This document shows positions 14,031-25,872 of a stretch of DNA of 64,000 bases, one piece after another (the stretch's first letter is position 1; the number at the start of each line of letters is the position of its first letter). The notes beneath the pieces are model-generated. The model saw nothing but the letters and a program-made list of their open reading frames with translations. It searched no databases and was not told where the DNA came from. The translations under genes and the position numbers were made by a program. Source of the DNA: Epiperipatus broadwayi (Eukaryota; Animalia; Onychophora); the NCBI GenBank assembly GCA_028023455.1, contig JAQFVV010000004.1, forward strand, positions 22,382,001 through 22,446,000. The letters run 5' to 3'.

Positions 14031-14899
14031 AAACAGAAATAGGTCATGCTGATGGTTGTTCATGTAATATTCATCCAAGGAAAAGATATATTGTCTTGCT
14101 TTATTATATGTTAAAACCAAGTATTTGTTATAAACTACCATATTCTGGGTTTCATAGAAACCTATTGATTTTCAATAGTCATTATTAATTGATAATTAAT
14201 TGTATATTTGGATCTCCATAATTGGGTGGATTCAGAAATCCTGAATAATGTATTTATTTATTCACCTGAGAAAATAAGCATCTCCTTGCAATATGATGAA
14301 TAAATTTAAACTTTGTATTCCAACTTTGCTTACATCCATTCATTCTCATTGAAAAAAAATCTGAGCTAGTACAGAAATTACCTTTTCTGAATTTGAAAAA
14401 TCCAACATATGGTTCAAAAAAATTAAAATCCATAGAAACAGAATCTTTCAAAATCATTTATACCCCTGAAAGAATATAAAGATTTTCAACAAAATCAATT
14501 ACTGAATAGTTATTTTTTTCTTAATTTAGCACTGCCAAATTGAACCCCAAAATGCAAGCACATACAGAAATAAAATTTCAAGATATATAAGCTTTAGTTG
14601 AAAATATAATGGCAGTATATAATTAATTAAAAGTACATATTTTTTTGTACAAAAAAATTTTCAAAAATAAAATAGATGCACTAACTTTACGAAAATACTT
14701 TTTGAGATATAGCAGTATGTTCATAGATTAAAACAATGAATGATTTTGGCATTCACGTGGAAAAAAAGGAAAATTTCAGAGTGATATTAATAAATGCCAG
14801 TTATAGAATTGACTATAGGTAGAGGGAATGAGAAATCTAAATGCATTTAGTGACAAAACTAAAAAAAAAAAAAATTGTTTTATAAATGAAAACAAAAGT

Positions 14900-16250
14900 C
14901 GCAATTAGAGCTTGCAGCTAATTCTAACATAGACAAATTTATGGTGATATCCATGCAATTGATGCAGGACTTGCTGAAAAGGCAGAAAAAAAATAAATTA
15001 GAGTGCTGAGAAATTAATCAAAACCTCTCAAAAGAAATAAATTCAAAACTTGGAGAAAAAAACAGATGAAGTAGAAAGATCTAAAAAACAAAACAAATTA
15101 GAAACAGGAATGAGACAAAATAATAAATAGAGAGAAATAAAAAAATAGAACAGCAACATATTAAGAAATAGAAGTGAATATGGGAAAAAATGTATTAAAG
15201 AATAACTTAAAAACAAATGGATAAAAAAATATCAATAATTAAAAGAGGACTTATAAAAAAGAAATCTCTGAAGAAGAAACAGAGAGAAGACACAAAGAAG
15301 GCTCAAAATGGAAGGAAATATAAATAACTCTAATATGTAAAAAGCTGCATAGGTCCAAGTATTCCAGTTTAAGATAAAGAAATTAATAATTAATAAAAAA
15401 TTCATTATGAAAAGATTGAAGTGTTCAGTCACTTATGAAGGGCCACATCATAAATTAAAATGAAGACGAGAGAAAATTATTATTCATCTTTTGTATAATT
15501 GTCTCCAAAGTTTAATATGAAATCAACAAACAAAAATATCTAACAGCAATTAAATCAGCAGTGTGAATATATGAAAAATCACACAATAAAAGAAGTAACA
15601 CAAATATATGAGAATAAGATTATTCCTCATAGTGAATATAAAAAAATCAGAACACGTGAAAATCAGATTGGTTCAATAAAGCAAGGTGACACACTGGGGA
15701 TATCTGAAAAGGATGTTATCTGAATCTCATCAAACACAAAAATAATTCAAATGGGACTTAGGAAATGAATTTAAGTTTCTAATGATATAAAAGAAACTAA
15801 GAATCCTATAATTACCAGAGGGACTCAGTAATTCTGATGACAAAAAGGAATTTAGTGTCTAAGTTTATAGACATTAGCCATTTAAAAGTGGAGTAAGGAA
15901 AAGTATGCTTAAATATCTAAGTAAAGCAAAAATATTATTGAACAATATCATGAGGCTGTCAAAAATTGGCAGGCTTCATTATTTATGAAACAATATGTTT
16001 ATAGAGTGTGAAATAATTTCTACAACTACAGTGTAAATTCCTGACATCTTTATTCTTTACCATGATAGTCAGGAACCTACAAACAGATTCTCAAACTTAT
16101 ATAGGAGATTCCTTAGAGTCAAAAGAAAAAAAAAAGCAGAGAAAGTAGGTACTCTTACTCCATAGCATCTTCCACACACACACACACAAACACAATCAAA
16201 CAGTTCCAGACTATGTGCATAGACTGAAACCAGTCACAGAAAAAAAAAAA
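14900..16250 (+). mobile_element. Possible heavily decayed RTE-like LINE remnant
   Basis: Purine-rich coiled-coil-like stretch (about 14950-15330), then KQGDTL (about 15680) and KVCLNI.SKAKILLN (about 15900), resembling RTE RT motifs. A-rich 3' end. Confidence 0.3.
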
Positions 16251-16870
16251 TGAAGACCTCAGTTATAAATTCTTCATGATAAATGTCTTCAGTTTAATGC
16301 AGGAAATATTAAATTAATAACAACACATGTGGGAAAGCTCCATTAAATCAATGTCAATTATTTTTCTCTGACTGTACAAAAATTGGTATAAAATCATTGA
16401 AAAATGTAATGATAATGCATCCTTGTAGAAAACAGCACAGGTAAGAAAGGCATATATAATGCCCAAAGCCCTTTACAGAAGAAACTTATTGGTTATCATA
16501 ACTGTTAGATTAATTTTCTTTTTTTTTAAAAAAAAAGGAGGGGGGAGGGTGAAATAGTATAAAACTTATGTATAGTATCTAAATCTAATAGTTGGTAAGA
16601 TGTGTAATAAAAAATCATTATAATAAAAATCAATGAATTTAATGAAAATTATTTAATCCAGCTTAATAATAATATGGCTAATTTATGATATCTAAAATTA
16701 AGCAATTTCTAAAAGTCAATACTTATAATTGAGAAAAGCATAAGAGCTTGGAAGTATGAATAGCAAATTTATTTATCAAATAAATATAACATTATATAAT
16801 AATTTTGATTAAGTTCATTTTCACAAATATAAACTTATTAATTTATTCTGTTACAGTAATTAATAATTTA

Positions 16871-17330
16871 AACCACTAAACATCACATGATCACCATTTC
16901 TTATGCTTGCTCATAACTGTTATTAAAACAGGCAAAACTTTCTATATAGTAGTGTCACTCAATGCAAACCAGAGTAATCATTGGATGCCAGAAGGGTTGT
17001 GCATAAAATCCCTATCTAGTGCCTACTCATCCAATATCCCCAGACTAGTTTCTAGCTTGCGGCTTTCGTCAGTGAGGAGCCTTGGATCTGAGAACACTGC
17101 ACCTAGATCTTAGGATCTAATGCAACCCTCCAGAAGCCACCTTTTATCTCTACTTAACTACAAAGCTATGAGAATAAAATTGAAAACACAGTAATATTTT
17201 CAATCCAAACTCATTAGCTTATATAGTCCTACAGGTCTGAACTCAGTTCAGGACCCATACATTTTGGTGTCCATTGATTACTCTGGCTTGTACTGAGTGG
17301 CACTACTATATGGGAAGTTTTGCCTGTTTT
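16871..17330 (-). mobile_element. Family R non-autonomous HHR-bearing retroelement (retrozyme or PLE terminal-repeat type) with an inverted 5' arm
   Basis: Inverted repeat 16925-16985 / 17270-17330, an internal HHR, and a perfect 13-bp TSD AATTAATAATTTA (16858-16870 and 17331-17343). Homologous to 51440-51515 and 60768-61919. Confidence 0.85.
17029..17087 (-). ncRNA. Type I hammerhead ribozyme with canonical core (family R)
   Basis: Minus strand reads ATCCAA GGCT CCTCA CTGACGA A AGC CGCAA GCT A GAAA CTAG TC / TGGGG ATA TTGGAT. Core at 17066-17072, GAAA at 17049-17052, GUC triplet at 17043-17045. Stem I CCTCA:TGGGG plus ATCCAA:TTGGAT; palindromic stem III ACTAGT. Confidence 0.85.
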
Positions 17331-18449
17331 AATTAATAATTTATATTAAAATCAATGAATCGTTATATATTAAGAATATATTATTTCACAATTACTAATA
17401 TAATAAATTAATTTTAAATAAAAGTACTTGGTGTATAATATATATTAGCTGTAATAATGAAAAGTTTTATTACGAAAATTAATCAAATTTGTATAATAAA
17501 TGTCATATAATATGTAGAAAGGCAATAAAGTAATTTATAAAATGGTAATTTAAAACGTTATGTAATTTTTAGTAATAAAATGAGTAAGATATATCTTAAA
17601 AAAAAAAAACTGAGACTCTTATTATAGTTTTATTTAATTCTAGTTGTCAATTTTCCAGAAATTCTACATACAATTAAAAAAAAAAAAAAAGAACAATTAA
17701 AAATGGCTAAAATTCATTGAAGTTCTTTTTCCTGTGCCTTGAGTAATATACGATATATAAAATTTATTATCACCAATAATATTACCTGAAGCAAAGAAAA
17801 ACAATATATGACAAAATAAAATATTTTATTAACTTAATCAGAATGTCTTCAACATCACAAAATTTAAAATGGAAATGGAAGGATATTTCTGAAAAAAAAA
17901 AAAATCAAAATAAACTGATACTAAATATAACAATATTAACAAAAAGTAAAACTTTATGAATGTTTCACACTTCATTCTAAAATTTTTTATTTTAAATATA
18001 AAATTTAAATCGATTATCATATGCATAATTATATTTCAAAATGTAAACTAATTTGAAGGAGTTATATTTTTCAAATAATTCTTTGGGAAAAAAAATTAAT
18101 ACTCAACATATCGAAATTTAACATGATAGAAAAAAATAAAATTTACAAAATCGTCATTCTTATTATGCATTCAATTTGAGAAAGGATTGAAAAAATAGTT
18201 GCTAGGATTCCTTAAATGTCTAAATAAAATAAAAAATCTCATTTCAGAATAATTAATTATTGCATTCCTAAGACATGAAAATGTTACCGAAAAAAGTCTC
18301 AAAACTTCTAGTTCTAAAATAAAAAATGTTCAATATTCATTAATAATTATTTTCAAAATTGTGTTTTATATTAAAATGTTCTATGTTATCATATCAAAAT
18401 ATGCACAGAATCATAAATAAATAAAAAAAATACATAAAATATATATATT

Positions 18450-19910
18450 TGTATATAAATAAAGTTTATTTCCCTGTAGACAAGGAAGTGGAAAGAGTGA
18501 AACTAGATTATAAGTAAATGAAATTTTATAATTCAAAGATTATTTTGAATTGTTTTTATAATTATTATATTTGTTTATACATACTATTACATAGTGTTTA
18601 CCTGATGTTTATTATTTGAATTCAAGTATTTTATTAATACTAATAGAAACTTATCGACATTAAAAAAGTTATTCAAAGAATAAATAATATGAGTAACTGC
18701 TTGATAGTAAATATAAGCCAGCATCAAAATTGATACTAATACCATTGTAAACATGTTATATTTCTTATGTTAAATTTCAAACTTCACCCCAATAAAATTT
18801 TATAATCAAAAAAAAAAAAGTTCATGCTAATTTATAATAGTTGTTTAATAAACATGTTCCAATGAGTGGCATAGAAATATAAATAGAATTAAGATTTAAA
18901 TAAACAAAATGAAATATTTATATGTGCATGTTAAATAACTACAATTTGCATTTAATGATTCTGCTTGTTAAAAATGTTATTCCAAGAATATAGATAATTT
19001 TACAAATGTATTGGTGCAATATAGATTCATCGATCAAGATAAAAATAAATAAACATACCTTAAAAGAATAACGTTAATGTATTGTGTTGGCATCTAAAAT
19101 AGATAAATTAAATAATGATTTCATATGAAGTAAATGATGCTAAAAGAGAGCAGTTGATAAAGATTAATGCACATAAAGAATAATACTATTATTAGACAAC
19201 TCCTCTTGGTTACAAGGTCCAGTTGAAGATTTAAATCTTCTACAACCAACAATACTTTGGATTATAAATCAGTAGAGGTTTTAGGACATTTTTATCATAA
19301 AAGAAATTCTATATGTAAAACCCACAGAAGTATAGTCATTGACTTTTGCCAATGAGAGTTAAATGGGAAATCATGTATGTCCATTTAATTATCACAGAAT
19401 TAAACTTATAGCAAAAAATCAGATATTGATTTAAAATATAAAACATTTTCTAAGTACCTTCATCATTTAATGGCATACACATTAATGCTTGCTATAATAT
19501 TTGATGAAAAACAGCAATGCTAAATGAAAATCTGTCTCACACATGTGCAGAGCATGCAACAAATCAACTACTAAATATTTATTAAACAGGATTTAAAAAA
19601 TAAAATTTAGTTCAAATTAATGTAACATCCAATATAAAATATTTTTTAAAAATAACAAAAACTTAAATTTCTTTAAAAATATTTAAAGGACTCTGTATTT
19701 ATATAATAAACGAGGAGAGAAAGGGGGGGGGGATGTAAATATTGTTAAATAAAAGTATGTTTTAATTATTACCATTTGCCTTAAATAATTTCTTATACAA
19801 ATAAATTAAGAAAAAATAAACTCACAAACAAAGCAGAACACATAAATCTCTGCTACTCTGTGATGTAAAGGAATAGAATCGAGATTTGTGTAGTAATCAG
19901 ACTCCTTCCA
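18450..19910 (+). repeat. Old local duplication, copy 2 (paralogous to 11140-14030)
   Basis: Same collinear anchors as copy 1; diverged with many indels. Confidence 0.75.
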
Positions 19911-20499
19911 TGCTCATTCAAAAAAAAAAAATATGTATATTTAGCTTCGATTTGTTATATTTAAGTAGGTGATTTAAGTTGGTAGAATGTATTTATAAGA
20001 ATTAATATGGAGTAATAATAACAGTAACTATTTGCCTTACCCTACCATAGGTTTTTTAGAAACCTAGTGGCACTCAATAAGTAATTTTTAATTGATTAAC
20101 AATTAACTGATTGTATAACACTTGAATACCATACTTACAAGAAATTCAGGAGTTCTAAATAATCCATTTATTTATTCTTCTGAGAAAACAGTCTGAGCTG
20201 ATAAAATATAGATATATATTAAAATAAGATTATTATATATTTGTGTAAATAATAAATGAAATTGTATTTTATAGCTCTGTCATATAATTAAACAAATGAA
20301 TAAAACATTGAGAAAATTGCAGGGGGGAGCTATTTTAGAGATATACGGTATTTTAATGTTTTTCTGAAGGTTTGTGATGATGGTGTTTAATTGTACAGTA
20401 GTTATATATTGGACTACTTCCATCATCTAATATGAGTATTAAATGTCGAAAAATTTAATGTTATTTAAATATTCCAAATACATTCAACTGTTAATAATA

Positions 20500-20563
20500 G
20501 CACACAGAATAGTATATGCACATTTCGAAAGGCATTATTTCCCCTCTTCTTCAGGTGTTACTG
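20500..20563 (-). ncRNA. Degenerate type I HHR in the P1 terminal repeat
   Basis: Minus strand reads CAGTAACAC CTGAAGA A GAGGGG AAATAATG CCTTTC GAAA TGTGC; core at 20548-20554. Stem III is eroded. Confidence 0.6.
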
Positions 20564-20579
20564 GCCTGACTTGTGATGT

Positions 20580-20663
20580 ACTAGCATGAGAATCGAACAA
20601 GGACCTTAGATTCTTGAGAATTGAATTTTAAGGTAACCCTCTAACCAACTGAGCCATCCTGCC
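20580..20663 (-). other. tRNA-like (A/B box) cassette inside the P1 terminal repeat
   Basis: Minus strand has GGCAGGATGGCTCAGTTGGTTAGAG (A box at 20645-20656) and a degenerate B box near 20588-20600. Same cassette as 45077-45162. Confidence 0.7.
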
Positions 20664-20699
20664 AAAGGCAACAGTCAGTAGAAATTTCATGCACTTATC

Positions 20700-22335
20700 T
20701 CTGAGGTTCCTTCTGATTTCTCCACTTTTTCCTAAGAGCAAAGCTGATTAGTGGTTTCCATACATTATGTAAAGTCATACTAGGTTGACTTATGGGAATG
20801 TTTGCCATTGTCAGGCGAGCAGCCTCTTTATAAATTTTCTTCTTTGTATCTTTTCTTCTCTATTCAATATTTTTGTATTTTCCCAATTGGACATATGTTC
20901 ACTGGTACATACATGATCTGCTAACTTAGACCCATCTGTTTTCTTTCTTCTAATCATCAGTTTACGCCCTTGCAAGTGCTTTTCAATGGGATGATTGGTC
21001 TCACCAATATACATTCTTCGACATTCACATGGTATTTCATAGATGCAGTTTTTTCTTTTCAGAATTTCAAGTTTAGGCTTTGTAGATATTAGAATTCCTT
21101 GAAGTATGGTATAGCTCTGGAAAGCTATTCTGATGTTATACTGATTGCAGATTTTTCTAAATTTGTCTGCTATTTTTGGTATGTATGAATACCCTACAGT
21201 ACCAATAATTGTTTTTTTTTTTCTTTTCATTTTTTTTTTTTTTATCTATTTAAGGTTTTCTTAATAAAAGCAGCTGACGGGTAACCATTTTTCATGAGTT
21301 TGTTCTATGATCTTTTCTTTTTTCAAATCTCTGATTTCTGAACTTCTTTTGCTCTGTTCCATAGTGATAGCTTAATTCCATGCTTTGTGTTTCTGGTGTG
21401 ATTGGATGTATAGGTTAAGTATTTTCCTGTAAGCGTGGGTTTTCGGTAAACTGTAGATTTGATTTTGCCATGAGGAAGCTTGTCACAAGAACATCTAAGA
21501 ATGCCAATTTTTGTTCTTATTCTGATTTTATTATAAATTTATTTGAAGGGGATATATTGATGAGTTTCCAGAAAGTTTGTAGTAATGCTTCACCATGTGG
21601 CCATACAACAAACGTATCATCTACATAGCAAAGCCAAACTTTAGATGGATATGGAGTAGCTTTTATGGCTGTGGTTTCAAGTTCTTTCATGTAAATATTG
21701 CCTATCACAGGTGAAATCAATAGGATGACTTGTTCTGGTTTGTAAGCTATTATCACCATTTAATCTTTTTCTTACAGTAGACAATGCTTCTTCATATGGT
21801 ATATTTGTGATTAAACTTTCCACATCAAAGCTTACCAATAAGTCAATTCTTTAAATTTTCATATTCTTGATTAATTCTACAAAGTGTCTACAATCCTTGA
21901 CAAAGGGCTGGGTCTTGTATGCCAAAGAATCTAGAATTTTGAGAAAAAATCTTGACAAATTTTGGCAAGATGAATTTCTAGAATTAACAATAGTTCTTAA
22001 TGGAACATGATCCTTATAAATTTTAGGTAGACCATAAAGGTGAGGAATATTGCTGAAATATCTTATTTTCCATTTTTCTGAGTTACTGAAGTATCTGTGA
22101 TGCTTTCTGAGTAATGCTTGTAACTTTCTGTACTTGGTATCATATTTTTTGCCACTTTTGGCCTGCTGTGAGAAGTTCTTGTATTTTGTTGTCATAATTA
22201 GTTGTATCCATTACAACTGTTGCATTGCCTTTGTCAGCAAGGGGAATAATTATAGATTTATCATTTTGAGAGATTTAATTGCTTTCCTCTCACCATAGGA
22301 TATGTTTGACTTCAATTTTTATTGCTTGTCAAGTG
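20700..22335 (-). pseudogene. Penelope RT plus C-terminal GIY-YIG endonuclease ORF, disrupted
   Basis: ERKAIKSL..DKSIIIPLADKGNATVVMD; IPHLYGLPKIYKDHVPLRTIV; LVSFDVESL; SPVIGNIYM..WLCYVDDTFVVW; VYRKPT; CIYEIPCECRRMYIGET..SKLADH..WENTKIL. Confidence 0.92.
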
Positions 22336-23874
22336 TTCTTTTTATTCTCTAGCATATGACAATAACAAACAATCCCATAAGTCTACCTAGTGTGATTATA
22401 CATAATGTATGGCATCCATTAATTAACTTTGCTTTTAGGAAAAAGTGGAGAAATCAGAATGAACCTCAGAAATAAGTATATGAAATTTCTACTGAATGTT
22501 GCCTTTGGCAAGCTGGTTCAGTTGATTAAAACGTTATCTTAAAATTCAATATTTAAGAAATGTTTCAGGTTCAATTCCCATGCCAGTACTGTCACCGGTC
22601 AGGCCAGCAATATCTGAAGAAGGGAAAATAATATCTCTCAAAACATTGTGCATATACTAACCTGTGTGCTATTATTAACAGTTGGATGTATTTGGAATAT
22701 TTAAATAAAGTTAAATTTTTCTAAAAACATTCAATACTCATATTAGATGATGGAAATAATCGAATATATAAATACAGTATTTTACTTTCCATTTGGGAAG
22801 AAAATTGCTCTGTTAAGAATGTAGTTGGCACTTGACCTGTTCTATGATTACCAACACCATTTATTTTTCATTTGTAGGCCAGGTTCCTCCTATATTATCA
22901 CTGGAACTAACTATGTATACTTTTGTTTATATGATTTCATAATTGGCTGTCTTCTTTGTTAACTAGTAGTTCATCATAAGATGAAATTTGTTTTTCAAAT
23001 GAAGATGAAAAAAAAATGCTACTAATTGTAAGATAAACCATAGGAAAGCTGACATTTATCAAGTTGCAACATTTGTTTTAGTATGATGTAATAATTTTTA
23101 ATTAAAGAAAAAAATACATAAAAATTATGTGATATAAGTGATTTCTTTAGAAGGCATTTCTCATATAAAGTTTAAAAAAAGTCTACTTACTAAGCTTTTG
23201 ATTCACAAAGAGCAACAAATTTAGATTCTTGTATTTTCTTATGATTAGCTGTGATTGTATCATGAAGGGGGAGGGGATGACCATAATTAATTTGCTAGTT
23301 AAATTCTGAGATTCTCTGAACCACAGCATACACTAGCAAAATTAAATTTTATTGATTTTCCTTTCGAATTTGTAATTCAAATTTACATAATTTTGTTCAT
23401 ATGCATATAAACAAACTATCTTATTTTAATGTATATACAAAATGGAATAATACCATTAAAATATTATAATGAAAAATTTGTTATTTTTCCATTTATTAAC
23501 ATATCAAAAAATGAATAAAATGTATGCTAATTATTATATATAAATTTATCAATTTAGTAAATCATTATTGCTTGGCTCTTGCATAAAATAGTTTTAAAAT
23601 ATTATCATTTTCAATCATTACCAGTCCAATGTTAAATAAAGATCTCTCCATGTTCAAACCAGATTTTCCAATTCATAATTATCTTTTCTCTATATTCCAT
23701 CAATAATTTTTTTTTATTTCATCTATCCATCTCTCATGTGGTATCTTTCTAGATCATTTACAATATCTTGGAATCAAGTTCAAAATTTAAACCATTTATC
23801 TATTCTTATCTCTTCTAACAACATGTTAATATAAAGGAAATAAGTTTATTGTACAAAATGTAAATACTCCATAT

Positions 23875-24079
23875 TGAAAAGGTTTGTTTTTCCTCTTAAA
23901 CTGCTCTCCCCCATTGAAATATATTATTTTTGTAAGAATATACTTTACAAAAAACAAATGGACAAACATACATGTGAAAAGGTTTGTTTTTTCCTCTTAA
24001 AAAAACAACAACCCTGAAATATATTATCTTTGCAAAAATATACTTCGCAAAAACAACAACAAATGGACAAACATACATG
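23875..24079. repeat. Tandem duplication, 2 x about 100 bp
   Basis: Units 23875-23974 and 23975-24079 both start TGAAAAGGTTTGTTTTT and end AAATGGACAAACATACATG. Confidence 0.9.
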
Positions 24080-24424
24080 CATAAGACTAAAATGTAAATC
24101 TTTATTAAAACACTTGACAAACATAAAAATTACAACATATACATTACATAGTTTAAAATTTTTTTTTATATACTTATGTACATTCCACATGTGTGCAGTA
24201 ATTTGGTGGAATAAAGCTTCAATATCTCTATATGTTAATCATTCACTTCTTGATTCATAAATCAAGATTTCTTTATTGAATATTGTAAAAAAAAAAAAAA
24301 AAGCATATTATTTTAAAATCTCTGTGAATAATTTTTAAAAATGTAGCATACTCTGAAATTATCAAATAACAAAAATAAAATAATAAGACAATATATGCTT
24401 TTATTTGATCATCATAAGAGACAA

Positions 24425-24448
24425 AATAATAATAATAATAATAATAAT
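24425..24448. repeat. (AAT)8 microsatellite
   Basis: Direct reading. Confidence 0.95.
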
Positions 24449-25454
24449 AAAATATATTTTATAATTTATCAATTAGTGAATAAAATTTTTTTATACAGGG
24501 GTGAGAGGTGAGTGAAATACATGTTTAAAACATTATTATTATCAACATCATCACTACAATTATTGCTATCTAATTCCATATAAAACTTCATATTTAAAAA
24601 AATAGAAATCCCTGAGATGTAATATATAAATGGTTTTCTTTTCTGCAAACATGAAAAAGAGCTTATTAAAATCTACATTAAAAAAAGTTATTATTAATAG
24701 TTTGTGTTCTAACACATGCATATATACATATGCACAATCAACAGGAACCATATAACCAACAGAATGATTAAATTATAATCTTTATGTGAAAACTCTAAAA
24801 AATTTAATGCAATAATCTTCAATACAAAAATTAATTCTAAAATATGAAATTTTTTGTTATTGATTTTTTTTTTAAATAAATAAATTGCTTATTAATGCGA
24901 GTCATTAAGTGCAATACATAAAGAGAAGTCTAATAATGAGTAGAATTTGTGAAGACATTATTTACAAATGAAAAAAAATGTATACCAAATATAATTATTA
25001 GAGGGGAAAAATGCATATAAAAAATCATCTAACTTTTAACACATTCTAAACTAGCAAAGTGTAAAAATGTAATCATTTATGCCTTTGTAATGAAATATTT
25101 CTGTAATGATATTTCATGAAAAGATTGATTCAATATCCATTAATTAAAAAGCAAGAGATCTAATAGCAAACAATGCAATGGTGAAATGTGTGTGTATAAA
25201 TATATTAGAAGTATATCATTGAAATGCAAGAAAATTAAAACTGAATAATTATCTATTACTTTATTAAATTGGTTTCCAGCAAATAACTATTAAATAAAGG
25301 CTGCTGTTTTTGTTTTTTTTTTGAGAATCAATTTTTTTTTTCATTTTTTAGGATATTTAATATCTTTTTTATTTAACTAAATGATTGAGTTTTAAAAGAC
25401 AATGGCAAAATATATAAATCATTTCATATTGATTTTTCATTTGGTTTCTATTTG

Positions 25455-25601
25455 TAATTCAAATTTGCATATATTCTTCATCTGCATAATGAAATGGTTT
25501 CTTTCTTCTTTATAATCTTAAAGTGCAATCAACTTTAGGTTATAAAGAAGGAAGAAACCATTTCATTATGCAGATGAAGAAATGTATACAAATTTGAATT
25601 A
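25455..25601. repeat. Near-perfect hairpin with arms of about 70 bp and a 7-nt loop
   Basis: Left arm 25455-25524 versus right arm 25532-25601, few mismatches. A related half copy lies near 23369-23408. Confidence 0.9.
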
Positions 25602-25799
25602 TAGATCATTTCAATATATAATAAAGAGTAATTTTAAAAAGGTATAATTTTCTCTGGAAGAAGTTATTGCTGTATACATTACTTTTTTCCTTTGAATTTA
25701 TTTGCAGCTCATATTATTCATTGTTATTTAATAAATAAAAAACAAAACAAATGATTTATTAATTAGAAGTTCATGAGAAATTTGAACACTCAGAGGCGA

Positions 25800-25872
25800 C
25801 AGAAGCAGATCAAGATCCATGGACCTTGAGCTCCAGAATATGCCACTCTACCATTGTATCAAACCACTCTAT
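25800..25872 (-). mobile_element. Possible tRNA-derived SINE head fragment
   Basis: Minus strand GGTTTGATACAATGGTAGAGTGGCATATTCTGGAGCTCAAGGTCCATGGATCTTGATC has A-box-like and degenerate B-box-like spacing. Confidence 0.3.

Larger units (their letters stand above)
20358..22775 (-). mobile_element. Penelope-like element family P1 (RT followed by GIY-YIG), 5'-truncated, with an inverted terminal repeat
   Basis: Minus-strand ORF remnants (next feature); sense terminal repeat about 20358-20800 and its inverted copy about 22337-22775. Decayed TSD GGTATTTTAAT (20347-20357) / AGTATTTTACT (22776-22786). Confidence 0.92.

Noticed and set aside
25455-25601. Annotation as a microRNA gene
   Set aside because: The stem is longer and more perfect than typical pre-miRNAs, a related half copy suggests a repeat, and there is no expression evidence.
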